NCBI GenBank assembly: GCA_951406725.2 | Contig: OX597823.1 | Span: forward strand, 99,138,001 to 99,202,000 | DNA from: Octopus vulgaris | Taxonomy: Eukaryota | DNA length: 64,000 nt | Reading direction: 5' to 3' | In this document: in pieces, positions 36,096 to 48,432 of the stretch | Position numbering within the stretch: the stretch's first letter is position 1 | How the letters are laid out: every line of letters starts with the position of its first letter | Translations under genes and position numbers: made by a program | The notes under the pieces: model-generated | Database searches by the model: none | The model's input: the letters and a program-made list of their open reading frames with translations, nothing else | Told to the model about the DNA's origin: nothing

Positions 36096-38242
36096 CTACA
36101 TATATATATATATATATATATATAGGCGTAGGAGTGGCTGTGTAGTAAGTAGCTTGCTTACAAACCTCATGGTTCTGGGTTCAGTCCCACTGCATGGCAC
36201 CTTGGGCAAGTGTCTTCTGCTATAGCCTTGGGCTGACCATAGCCTTGTGAGTGGATTTGGTAGAAGGAAACTGAAAGAAGCCTGTCGTATATATGTATAT
36301 ATATATATATGTGTATGTTTGTGTGTTGTGTTTGCCCCCCTCCCCCAACATCACTTGACAACCGATGCTGGTGTGTTTACGTCCCCGTCACTTAGCGGTT
36401 CGGCAAAAGAGACCGATAGAATAAGTACTGGGCTTACAAAGAATAAGTGCCGAGATCGATTTGCTCGACTAAAGGCGGTGCTCCAGCATGGCCGCAGTCA
36501 AATGACTGAAACAAGTAAATGAATATATATATAAAGTTAATCCAAACATGAAAACACAAAGAGAAAACACAACAACGCGAGGACGTGGAACAAATATAGT
36601 ATTATTGGACGCTCAGGGAGGGTTTTACATTCCAAGCGGAGCTCTTCGTCAGAAACATAGAAAAAGGAAAGATCCAGGTAAGGAAAGACGGAGGAAAAAA
36701 AATTGCCAACAGTACACACGCGGCCACATATGTGTATGTGTATATATATATATATATATAACAACAATTGAGGAACGGCTATAATAGGCCGTTCAACCCA
36801 CTAGAAATAGCAGCCAGGGCTCCAACCGCAAATAGTAGTAATTCCGGAATCAGAAGAAAAATTTAAAAAACATTTACCCCATTCTTCTTTAGACAATGCA
36901 TTGTTTCAGCGTTTTTTAATGGTAAACCAGCCTGATTAAATTAAATTAAACCTAATCAAGTCAATCTTCCAAAGGCCAACGCGTTCATCAGTAAAGGAGC
37001 CAGAAGGGACAGAAATTACACGAGGCAGCTACCTTCATGCCTCGGCAATATCTGTCCTAAAATTTTCAAAATCATCGTACTCGCGCCAACTTATCGGCAG
37101 CAAATATAAACTGCCGATTCAATTTCGGAATTAATCAGAAAATTATCAATTAATCAATATTAGGGTGGCAAAATAATTTCTATTGAATTTTTTGCTACCC
37201 TAATATTGATTAATTGATAATTTTCTGATTAATTCCGAAATTGAATCAGCAGTTTATATTTGCTGCCGATAAGTTGGCGCGAGTACGATGATTTTGAAAA
37301 TTTTAGGTCAGATATTGCCAAGGCATGAAGGTAGCTGCCTCGTGTAATTTCTGTCCCTTCTGGCTCCTTTACTGATGAATGCGTTGGCCTTTGGAAGATT
37401 GACTTGATTAGGTTTAATTTAATTTAATCAGGCTGGTTTACCATTAAAAAACGCTGAAACAATGCATTGTCTAAAGAAGAATGGGGTAAATGTTTTTTTA
37501 ATTTTTCCTCTGATTCCGGAATTACTACTATTTGCGGTTGGAGGCCTGGCTGCTATTTCTAGTGGGTTGAACGGCCTATTATAGCCGTTCCTCAATTGTT
37601 GTTATATATATATATATATATATACACATACACATATATGACCGTGTGTGTACTGTTGGCAATTTTTTTTCCTCCGTCTTCCCTTACCTGGATCTTTCCT
37701 TTTTCTATGTTTCTGACGAAGAGCTCCGCTCGAAATGTAAAACCCTCCCTGAGCATCCAATAATACTATATTTGTTCCACGTCCTCACGTTGTTGTGTTT
37801 TCTCTTTGTGTTTTCATGTTTGGATTAACTTTATATATATATATTCATTTATTCATTTACTTGTTTCAGTCATTTGACTGCGGCCATGCTGGAGCACTGC
37901 CTTTAGTCGAGCAAATTGATCTCGGCACTTATTCTTTGTAAGCCCAGTACTATCGGTCTCTTTTGCCAAACCGCTAAGTGACGGGGACGTAAACACACCA
38001 GCATCGGTTGTCGAGCGATGTTGGGGGAGGGGGGCAAACACAACACACAAACATACACATATATATATATATATATATACATATATACGACAGGCTTCTT
38101 TCAGTTTCCTTCTACCAAATCCACTCACAAGGCTATGGTCAGCCCAAGGCTATAGCAGAAGACACTTGCCCAAGGTGCCATGCAGTGGACCCAGAACCAT
38201 GAGGTTTGTAAGCAAGCTACTTACTACACAGCCACTCCTACG

Positions 38243-38291
<49 letters not shown>

Positions 38292-38295
38292 GTAG

Positions 38296-38297
<2 letters not shown>
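36094..38297. repeat. large diverged palindrome (arms ~1.1 kb, spacer at most 16 bp)
   Basis: 36094-37173 is the reverse complement of 37190-~38297, including SINE, hammerhead element and central unique block. Confidence 0.95.
37709..37743 (+). ncRNA. minimal type I hammerhead motif (mutated mirror copy 36622-36656)
   Basis: GTTT-CTGACGA-A-GAGC(TCC)GCTC-GAAA-TGTA-AAAC: stem I GTTT/AAAC, stem II GAGC/GCTC, GUA site; TG probably a decayed CG. Confidence 0.6.
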
Positions 38298-38336
<39 letters not shown>

Positions 38337-38609
38337 AATTGAGATAGGGGTTGTAAATGCAACCCTCCATGGGATAACAAATATCCAATATACTGCTAGT
38401 GAAGTACCCAACAAAGTGAATACATAAATGTTAAGAATTGCGATGCAGTTAATTCATTTACTGTATTATATGGGCAAAGGTAAAATGTTTTACCACAAAT
38501 TCAAATAAGAAAATGGAGAAATACATCCAAATCAAATATCAATTACCAGATAATACCCAATCACATACTTTATTAAACCACCGCATAAGAAACTTTAAGG
38601 TCAAACAAC

Positions 38610-38885
38610 CGCTAAGTAATGGGGACATAAACACACCAGACAAACACAGACACACAAACATACACACACACACATATATATATACATATATACGACGGGC
38701 TTCTTTCAGTTTCCGTCTACCAAATCCACTCACAAGGCTTTGATTGGCCACGCAGTGGGACTGAACCCGGAACCATGTGGTTGGTAAAGAAGCTACTTAC
38801 CACACAGCCACTCCTAGTGGGACTGAACCCAGAACCATGTGGTTGGTAAACAAGCTACTTACCACACAGCCACTCCTGCGCCTAT
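38610..38885 (-). mobile_element. SINE family 1 with tandemly duplicated head
   Basis: AGTGGGACTGAACCC..ACAGCCACTCCT occurs twice (~38754-38815 and 38816-38877). Confidence 0.75.
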
Positions 38886-38891
38886 ATATAT

Positions 38892-39165
38892 CATCATCAT
38901 CATCATTGTTTAACGTCCGCTTTCCGTGCTAGCATGGGTTGGACAGTTCGACCGGGGTCTGGGAAGCCAGGAGGCTGCAACAGGCTCCAGTCTGATCTGG
39001 CAGTGTTTCTACAGCTGGATGCCCTTCCTAACGCCAACCACTTCGTGAGTGTAGTGGGTGCTTTTTATGTGCCACCAGCACAGGTGCCTGACGAGGCTGG
39101 CAACGGCCACGATCGGATGGTGCTTTTTACGTGCCACTAGCATGGAGGCCAGTCGGGGCGGCGCT
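38892..39165 (-). mobile_element. RTE LINE 3' tail fragment
   Basis: (CAT)n tail plus 3' UTR as at 46439. Confidence 0.75.
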
Positions 39166-39317
39166 ATTATATTATATTTATATTTTTATATTTATTTATT
39201 TATATATATTTTTAATACAATAAGGTCTTTCACATGGGTATATCTTTATGTTGAGTTCAACATTGATTTCCTTATATTAATAATAATAATATATTATTAA
39301 AAAATATATGTATACAT

Positions 39318-39712
39318 AGGCGCAGGAGTGGCTGTGTGGTAAGTAGCTTGTTTACCAACCACATGGTTCCAGGTTCAATTCCACTGCATGGCACCTTGGG
39401 CAAGTGTCTTCTACTATAGCCTCGGGCTAACCAAAGCCTTGTGAGTGGATTTGGTAGACGGAAACTGAAAGAAGCCCGTCGTATATATGTATATATATGC
39501 GTGTGTGTGTTTGTGCGTCTGTGTTTGTCCCCCTAGCATTGCTTGACAACCGATGCTGGTGTGTTTATGTCCCTGTTACTTAGCAGTTAGGCAAAAGAGA
39601 CTGATAGAATAAGTACTGGGCTTACAAAAGAATAAGTCCCGGGGTCGAGTTGCTCGATTAAAGGCAGTGCTCCAGCATGGCCACAGTCAAATGACTGAAA
39701 CAAGTAAAAGAG
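39318..39712 (+). mobile_element. near full-length tRNA-derived CORE-type SINE (family 1)
   Basis: A-box TGGCTGTGTGG, B-box GGTTCAATTCC, CORE-like ACCTTGGGCAAGTG, tail CCAGCATGGCCACAGTCAAATGACTGAAACAAGTAAAAG; many copies in window. Confidence 0.85.
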
Positions 39713-40227
39713 TATACTCCTTTATATGTATGTGTGTGTGTTCCCAAATGCATTATGTATAAAGGCATGCATACATAGAGAAGTAAATATTTCTGTATTT
39801 ATTGTGCGGCAAAATAAAGAAACACCATTGGAAATGTTCCGAAAACAAAAATATATCAAGGTTTACTTCACGAACCAAAGTTTCTTAGAATTTCTAAAAT
39901 ATACATCGTAAAAAAAATATACCAAACCAACCGTGTCACCGTTTAGCCCCAGGCCATCAAGCACACCTATGATCAAAATGTTTCAGCCATGACCATCCTT
40001 CACGTTTTTCTTTTTTTTTTTTCAGATCAATGTATCTATTTCATTTTTAATGGTAAAGTGTATGGTTCTAGCTGTTATTTTTATCATGTTCAGTAATCAT
40101 ACAGAAATGCTTTCACATGTGTGTGTGTGTACATGCATGCACATGAACACACACACGCTTGATTACACTTGACCCTTTATTGTTTAAACTGGTCACATCA
40201 GGCCCCAACTATTCTATCTGTTCTATA

Positions 40228-40266
<39 letters not shown>

Positions 40267-40272
<6 letters not shown>

Positions 40273-40447
40273 TTAGAGATAAAACCACTATTAGGCAAAT
40301 CAAACGGTGAAAAACATAAACCAAAACATAGAAATAAAATTAATTAATATAATATACAAGATATATAAAATATATATATAAAATTCAAAATTTAAATTTA
40401 AAGTTAAAATTTAAAAAAATTTTTTAATTATTAATTTATACTCATAA

Positions 40448-40495
<48 letters not shown>

Positions 40496-40729
40496 ATATC
40501 TATTTTCATTTTTTTATTTTTTTTAATTATATATTTATTTAATTTTTTTAAAAATATATATAACTATCAAAAAGTATTAAAAAGTTTAATATAAGATATT
40601 GATAGTTATATGTATTTAAAATATATATATATATATATATATTTTAAAAAATAATAAATAAATAAATATATAATAAAAAAAAATTTTTTAAATAAAAAAT
40701 ATAAATAAAAATAAAATAAAAATAATAAA

Positions 40730-40773
<44 letters not shown>

Positions 40774-41263
40774 AGGCGCAATGGCCTAGTGGTTAGGGCA
40801 GCGGACTTGCAGTCGCAGGATCGCGGTTTCGATTCCCAGACCGGGCGTTGTGAGTGTTTATTGAGCGAAAACACCTAAAATCTCCACGTGGCTCCGGCAG
40901 GGGGTGGTGATCCCTGCTGTACTCTTTCACCACTCTTTCTCTCGCTCTTTCTTCTGTTGGCCTGCTGGCTTAGCCAGCGGGGTGGCGTCATTCGAAGGCT
41001 AAAACAATGCGAACGCATTGTGACCAGCGATGTGTTACAACATCTGATGGTCTGGTTGGTCACGTGATATATATATATATATAAATTTATAAGTATAAAT
41101 TAGTAATTAAACAAATTTTTTAAATTTTAACTTTAAATTTAAATAATTTAAATTTTTAATTTTATATATTTTGTATATTATATTAATTAATTTTATTTCT
41201 ATGTTTTGGTTTATGTTTTTCACTGTTTGATTTGCCTAATAGTGGTTTTATCTCTGATTTAAT
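40267..41263. repeat. ~185-bp AT-rich inverted repeat pair in (TA)n context
   Basis: 40267-40452 is the reverse complement of ~41081-41263 (TTAGAGATAAAACCACTATTAGGCAAATCAAAC...). Confidence 0.75.
40772..41066 (+). mobile_element. tRNA-derived SINE (family 3), CpG-rich
   Basis: A-box TGGCCTAGTGG, B-box GGTTTCGATTCC, no paired acceptor stem, followed by ~220-bp non-tRNA body. Confidence 0.75.
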
Positions 41264-41346
41264 ATATATATATTTATACTGTAAAATTAGGTTTAATCCT
41301 AAATCTAGTTTTTCCCTGTAAGTTTGGATTTACTCCCTAATATTGT

Positions 41347-41387
<41 letters not shown>

Positions 41388-41720
41388 CTGTGTTCAAATT
41401 CTGCCAAGGTCAACTTTGCCTTTCATCCTTTCAGGGTCAATAAATTAAGTACCAGTGAAGCACTGTGGTCGATGTAATCTACTAGCCCCCTCCCATAAAA
41501 TCTGAGGTCAACTTTGATTTTCACCCTTTTGGGATTGATAAAATAAATACTGAGTAAGTACCAGGGTTGAGTAATTGATTTCCCGCTCCCCTCAAAAACC
41601 GTTGGCCCTGTGCCAAAATTTGCAACCAGTATTATATTATTCTGCTTGTTCCTGCAGTCTGGCTGTGTTTGTCCATGTGTTATGCCAAAGGAGGTAATAA
41701 CTTGAATAGAGGAAGATATA

Positions 41721-43041
41721 CAAGGTGTTCATAAAGTTTCTTTACAATTTCAAAAATTTATTATAAAGGCAATTGATGGGATATGTTTATTAGATTTGTT
41801 CTATGTACTTAGTGGTTATCAAAGTTTTTAACCACATTGCATATGTGTTTTATAGGCACTCTGTAGATGAAAAAGGCTCAGTTAAATGAAGCCCTAAAAA
41901 ATGGCTACTTCTCATGAAAAGGCACAATGTATATTGTGGATTATTGAAAAAATATTGAACATTGAAACCCAGTAAAACTACAGGATTAAGGATGGAAGAC
42001 ATCCACCATCATGTCGATCATCTATGGTATAAGAAATTTATGGAAACAGGAACAGTGTTGGATAAAGGGAAGAATGGATGACCAAAATTATCTGAGAAAA
42101 ACATTGATCATGTAAAACAATCCTTTGTTAGTTCTACAAAGTTCATACGTACTGCTGCCAGACAGTTACAGCTACCACTTTCAACAGTGTACAAAACTGT
42201 ATACAAGAACTTGCGATTGCTTGCTTCCAAAGTGTAACTCTTACAAGCACTGGAACCAAATGATAAACCAAGACAAAACGAGTTTGCAGTTAACACACTG
42301 GAATGAAATTCTGAGAATGCAGCATTCCTCACCCAGGTTTGTTTTAGTGATGAGGCAACCTTTCATGTTTCAGGAAAACTAAACACTCATAATGTGAGGA
42401 TCTAAGGATCAGAACACCCCCATGTGATTACGGAACTTCACTAAGATAGTCCAAAGGTGAATGTCTGGTGTGGGATGATGTGCAATCAAATCACTGGTCC
42501 ATTTTTCTTCACAGAGACATCAATTTCTGCAAATGTTTCCCTTGACCTTTTGACTGAATATGTGGCACCACAACTTGATGACCTTCAACCAGTCCTCATT
42601 TTCCCAGCGGAATTGTGCACCATGTTTGTAGATTCCTAAATTCCTGCATGTTTGTAGATTCCTAAATCAAACATTTCCAGACTGGTGAATTGGGAGGGAT
42701 GGCTCAATTCCCTGGCCACCTCATTCTCCAGATATCACTCCCTTAGACTTTTTTCTATGTGGTTATGTTAAAGACATCGTGTATCGAACAAAGATACAGG
42801 ACATCAATGACCTGAAGCAAAAGATTACTGATACCATTTCCACCATTGCAACAGTGAACATGGCAAGAAATTGATTACAATTTTTTGATGTTCTTTGTGC
42901 AACTAATGGTGCCCATATAAAGATATATTAAATGAGGCAAAAAAACTTCAATGTCTACTCCATATTTTGTGATAATTTCCACAGACCTATCTATTTATTT
43001 GCTTTTGTAATAAATTTTTGAAATTGTAAAGAGACACCCTA
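41721..43041 (+). mobile_element. Tc1/mariner-superfamily transposon (rosa/DD41D-like), pseudogenised
   Basis: TA flanks; ~45-50 bp TIRs; fragments MATSHEKAQC, FSDEATFHVSGKLNTHNVRI, SPKVNVWCG..GPFFF, WPPHSPDITPLDFFL.GYVKD.VY. Confidence 0.85.
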
Positions 43042-43429
43042 TATATACAAAGAGAAGTGGGAAGAAGGGAAGACAAATAGAGAAGCAGAAATAGAGGAAT
43101 TGGGGGGGGATGGGGGAAAGAAAACACAAGAGAAAGAGAGAGAAAGAAAGAAAGCAAAGGTCTATACTATTCTACTTTTGTGTGTTCAAATTGCAGGCAG
43201 AATCAAAATTTAACAACGTTTAACAATGAAACAATGTCATGAAGATCTAAAAAATTATGCATTAAAAGATATGTTGATAGATAATTAAATTAAAGTTTAA
43301 TATCCCTGGCAAAAAGCTGTAGATGTTATACTTTTATCTCTTATATATTCTAGACCAAAAGCTATGGCCATGCCATGGCATCACCATTCTTCTTTTTTTT
43401 TTTTCTGTGATTGGTATAAATGTGGTATT

Positions 43430-43800
43430 ATGAGAGTACTATGTCAACTTGCTGAGGCAGTTACAAATGGCCATCAAGACCAAATGCTGAAGAAGACTGA
43501 CAAAAGGAGTTTTGTTTCATCAGGTCAATGCTCCAGTACACAACACCTTAGTTTCAATGGCTGCTGTGTGTGACTATGGCTTTGAACTGGTTGATAACCC
43601 TTCCCATTCTCTTGATTTGGCCCCATCTGATTATCATCTGTTCCCCAGCATGGAAAACAGATGGCTGCGAGCCAGTATCACAACACTAAGGGAAGAAGTG
43701 TGTGAATGACAAGGGGGACTATGTGGAGAAATAAATTTCATTTGGTCCCATCCCATGAGAGTATTGTGGTCAGCCTTTGAACTTTTCAGTCAACCTTCGT
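43430..43800 (+). mobile_element. mariner 3' fragment
   Basis: NAPVH..GFELVDNPSHSLDLAPSDYHLFP; terminal GAACTTTTCAG..CCTTCG|TA (similar end at ~20615-20640). Confidence 0.7.
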
Positions 43801-43867
43801 ATGGCTATTTTTATATTGTTTAAATATGAACGTGCATTCATTAGTTTCCCATTTGTGATATTTATAG

Positions 43868-43961
43868 CGAGAAAGTTTCTCAGGTTCAGTCAGATGCTTT
43901 AGTGATTTCTCTGCAAAAAGACATTCAAGATGTACAACTCAACTACAAGAAAACACAACGG
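43868..43961 (+). CDS. CCDC89: CCDC89-like exon 6
   Basis: TTTATAG acceptor, GTAAGC donor; EKVSQVQSDALVISLQKDIQDVQLNYKKTQR; phase 2 to 0. Confidence 0.85.
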
Positions 43962-44226
43962 GTAAGCAAACACTAGGGTCTATTGTTTTTCTTTTTCATT
44001 AGATTGTGGCCATGCTGGAGCACTGTCTTGAAGAGTTTTTAATCGAATGAATTGACCCCAGTACTTCTTTTTTTAAAGCCCGGTACTTATTCTGTCAGTC
44101 TCTTTTGCTGAACGAGTAAGTTACAGCAATATAAACACAGCAACACTGATTGCCAAGCTGTGGTAAGGGACAAACAGAGACAAAATCAAACAAATATAGA
44201 TATATGATTATATATGTGTGTGTGTG

Positions 44227-44272
<46 letters not shown>

Positions 44273-45699
44273 TAAATCAATCCAAGGAAAAAACAATTTC
44301 CTTCAAAGGGATTTTCACTGGTTCTTCAGTTAAATACCACAATACAGTAAAGAAAAATCCAAACTTAAAATGGTATAATTTCAATATATAAATATTAAAG
44401 GAAATAGAGAAATACAATTGACATATTAAAAATGTATTAACATTATGATATAATATGATTATAATATAAAAAGATATAATATAATATAAATAATTAAAAC
44501 AAATATCCTACAATTTGTTTCAATTCATATCCACGAGTGAATATATAAAAATTCTCACCTATGCATATGAGTCTTGTCAGGGTAATATTTGTCTAAAAAA
44601 GAGACAAAAATTTCATGCAAGGACTGCTAAATCATAAAATAGACTGATTTAAAATATACCCATGTTTACAAGCATGAGCGTTAATAATTTAAAAATATAA
44701 TAAAAATAACACCAAAATTCAAATAGATGAAATAAATTAAATAAACAAAACAATTACAACGGTCATAAGATATTCTTATGCACCTTTAATAATATTAATC
44801 TAAAGATTTTTTAATCTACAATAATCACTGTCCATTTTTATTATATAATAAAATCTATATAATATGTTAAGAATTTATGGTGGAGTAGGAAATATATTTT
44901 ATTTAAAATTTTTATATACTATTATGAAAAAATAAGGATATATTTTATTTAGACACTAAATTCATTAAAAAACTTTTAGTCAATGATTCATTAATTCAAA
45001 AGTTTCTACTAAATACACCAAGTTTAAACAAATGTATAAAGTTATGATTATTATAAACTATACTATTCCTTACATAAAAATGATAATAATATATTATGGA
45101 GATGTACTTGCTTAGCAAGTGACCTGATCTGAGATTGTGTGCTGGAACGAAACAATTGCAGTGTGGAAGGTGTTTATAAACCATTTAAGAAGCACACAAA
45201 AAACGTTAGATTCACTTCAACATTTAAATTTAATTTGCCAAAATATTTTCGGCGCTTTGAGACTGCGACCTGTTCACTGACAAAACTCCGTGCCAGTGGC
45301 ATGTAAAATCACCTACTACATTCTCAGAGTGGTTGGCATTAGGAAGGGCATCCAGCTGTAGAAACCTTGCCAGATCAGACTGAAGTCTTATACAGCCTTC
45401 TGGCTTGCCAGTCCTCAGTCAAACCATCCAAACTATGCCAGCATGGAAAGCAGACGATGATGCTATATATAACAATGGAAATATTTAATAAATAAGTTAG
45501 TTAATGTAAGTATCCTGATTAGAAAAATTAAAGTCTACAATATTCAAATAGTAATAAGCTGATTTTATGTATATCAAAATACAAATCTCAAGTTTATGCT
45601 TATATACACTAGTAAATTGTATAATAAATATCATTTTCTTTATATCGCTGTGTACATACATTGATTTTAATATATGTATATATATATATATATTGGCAG

Positions 45700-45786
45700 G
45701 AAATTGCAATCTATAAAGAAGAATCTCGGAAGAAATTGGAGTACGAAAGAAAGCTGAATGAGAAATTAAGGCATATTACTGGTTGA
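45700..45786 (+). CDS. CCDC89: CCDC89-like terminal exon 7
   Basis: CAG acceptor; EIAIYKEESRKKLEYERKLNEKLRHITG* resembles the CCDC89 C-terminus (E..AYK.....L..ER.LN.KLRH); AATAAA at ~46020. Confidence 0.85.
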   Translation, partial: EIAIYKEESRKKLEYERKLNEKLRHITG

Positions 45787-46438
45787 TGCTTACAATAATT
45801 GGTTGCCTCCAACAATGCTCCTACATCCATCATATAAATCAATTAGACTCAGTGGAAAAACCAATCACAATACAATTGATATGTGATTACTAAAATTATA
45901 TTTTAGAAGGGTTTACACTTACTGTGTTGCTACATTAGGTTCTAGTAGCTTCTAGTGTAGATTGGATATACTATTGAAGAGAAGGATTTCTAGCAGAACT
46001 GACATCAAGAACACCATGAAATAAAAATTAATGATTATTCAAATAATTTATTGGAAGTAATAACATTCTACTACAAGACAGGTGACATAATTACTGCAGC
46101 AGGTAATCATAAAGAAAGTACAGGGGTTTGTATATAAAGGGGCTGAGACCCTAACTTTTTGTGGAGAGCAGAAAGAAGCTTCTGTCTCTGTTCTTGATTG
46201 GTCCCAACTCAGTCCTGACTGAGCTGGCACCATATGCATGATCAAAGACATTCTAGCCTTGATTATCCAGTCTTTTTCAAGCATTATGTACTTTAGACTA
46301 CATTCTCCAATATTTTGTATCTTAAGACAGTAAGGAGTTTTTTGTGTTTTTTTAAGATTTGGTTACTATTTCAAGAAGGTTAAACAACCACATAGAAATT
46401 CTTTGTGGGCATGGCTACTTTCTTTGATGAATTCATTA

Positions 46439-47970
46439 TCATCATCATCATCGTTTAACGTCCGCTTCCATGCTAGCATGGGTTGGACAGTTCAACTGGG
46501 GTCTGGGAAGCCAGAAGGCTACACCAGGCCCAGTCTGATCTGGCAGTGTTTCTACAGCTGGATGCCCTTCCTAACGCCAACCACTCCATGAGTGTAGTGG
46601 GTGCTTTTTACGTGCCACCGGCACAGGTGCCTGACGAGGCTGGCAAACGGCCACGGTCGGATGGTGCTTTTTACATGCCACCGGCACGGAGGCCAGACGA
46701 GGCTAGCAATGGCCACAATCGGATGGTGCTTTTTACGTGCCACCGGCACGGAGGCCAGTCAGGGCTGTGCTGGCAACAGCCACGTTCGGATGATTCTCTT
46801 ACGTGCCACCGGCATTGGTATCTCAGCTACAATTTCCATTGATGTTGATTGATTTCGATTTTCACTTGCCTCAGCAGGTCTTCACAAGTAGAGCTTTGTG
46901 TCCCAAGAAGGAAAGGTATGCATAAGTGGACTGGCTACATCCCAGGTAGAGGCCATGGGTTATGGTCTCACTTGTCCTGCCGAGTCTTCCCATGCACAGC
47001 ATACTTCCAAAGGTCTCGGTCTCTAGTCATTTCCTCGGTGAGACCTAAAGTTTGAAGGTTGTGCTTCACCACCTCGTCCCAGATTTTCCTGGGTCTACCT
47101 CTTCCACAGGTACCCTCAACCGCTAGGGTGTGACACTTTGTCACACAACTATCTTCAGCCATTCTTGCCACATGACCATACCAGCACAAACATCTCTCTT
47201 GCACACAACTGATGCGTCTTAGGTCCAACTTTTCTCTCAAGGTACTTACACTTTGTCGAGTATGCACACTGACATTACACATCTATCAGAGCATACTGGC
47301 TTCATTTCTTGTGAGCTTACACATATCCTCAGCAGTCATGGCCCATTTTTCACTGCCATGTAGCATGGCTGTTCGTACACATGCGTCATACAGTCTGCCT
47401 TTTACTCTGAGCAAGAGGCCTTTTGTCACCAGCAGAGGTAAGAGCTCTCTGAACTTTGCCCAGGCTATTCTTACTCTAGCAGTTACACTTTCAGCACACC
47501 CGCCTCCACTACTGACTTGGTCACCTAGGTAACGGAAGCTATCAACAGTTTCTAGTTTTTCTCCCTGGAATGTGACAGAAATTGGTCTCTGCACATTTTC
47601 AGTGTTTATTGCTCCTGAGCATCTGCCACATACAAAAACTATCTTCCCAGTTAGCCTTCCTTTGATATTGTTCTACCTCTTATATCAATAGATTACACTG
47701 GGTACATCTTATGGAGTTTCTACCTACGCCTTTTCTACAGATCGAGCAGGGCCATCTACCTGGAGGCGAGTGTGGTTTGTCTACCTTCCTACTTATTAGG
47801 ACTTTGGTTTTAGCTAGATTGACTCTAAGGCCCTTCGATTCTAATCCTTGTATCCACACTTGAAACTTTGCCTCTAGTTCTGATAGTGACTCAGCAATTA
47901 GAGCAAGGTCATCAGCATATAGGAGCTCCCACGGGCATCCTGTCTTGAATTCCTCTGTTATTGCCTGGGT
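46439..47970 (-). mobile_element. 5'-truncated RTE-clade LINE (RT C-half with YADD, C-terminus, 3' UTR)
   Basis: GTCATCAGCATATAGGAGCTCCCA = WELLYADD; ORFs 47286..47594 (VDSFRYLG..AWAKFREL..HGSE.W) and 46968..47282 (WYGHV.RM..GRGRPRK.W). Confidence 0.9.
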
Positions 47971-48432
47971 ATCCCGTCTTGAATTCCTCCGTTATTGCCT
48001 GGAATTATCGTCATCATTTGTATGTCTGTTTTTAGACAAAATTTCTCAAGGCAGATTTCCTACACCTAGATGCTCTTCTTGTCACAAACCCTACAAAGTA
48101 CTCAAGAAGGGAATTTCATTTCACTGATCCGCACACTCACACAACCCAACGAAGCTATTGAAACTGTAGGACTTTTGTTCACTGAGGAATTGACTACAGT
48201 TGTTAATCTGAAAAAAATTATATCCAATTATAACTTCCAAAAGCTTTCAAAAGTCACAACACTGAAAGTAGTGCTGTTAGATATTATCAATATTATCAAT
48301 ACAAATTATAAATTAAAACTATATGGAGTCTCAAATGACATGAGAATGAATCAAGCTATGCAGAAAAAAAAAATCATTGTTTTAAGGGACATTTTTTTTT
48401 TCTTTGCTTCTCTGTCATATGAAATTCATTGA

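Noticed and set aside
37371-37400. CTGATGA as a hammerhead core or C box (also 6209, 6278, 34657, 35609)
   Set aside because: No stem II/GAAA partner or D box with terminal stem found
36094-38297. palindrome as a fold-back sequencing artefact
   Set aside because: Arms differ by many substitutions and indels and one arm carries a 1.5-kb extra block; not fully excluded without reads
40772-40847. apparent tRNA gene
   Set aside because: A and B boxes are present but the acceptor stem does not pair and a SINE body follows; treated as a SINE head
21760-43041. active or domesticated transposases
   Set aside because: All mariner/Tc1 ORFs contain stops or frameshifts
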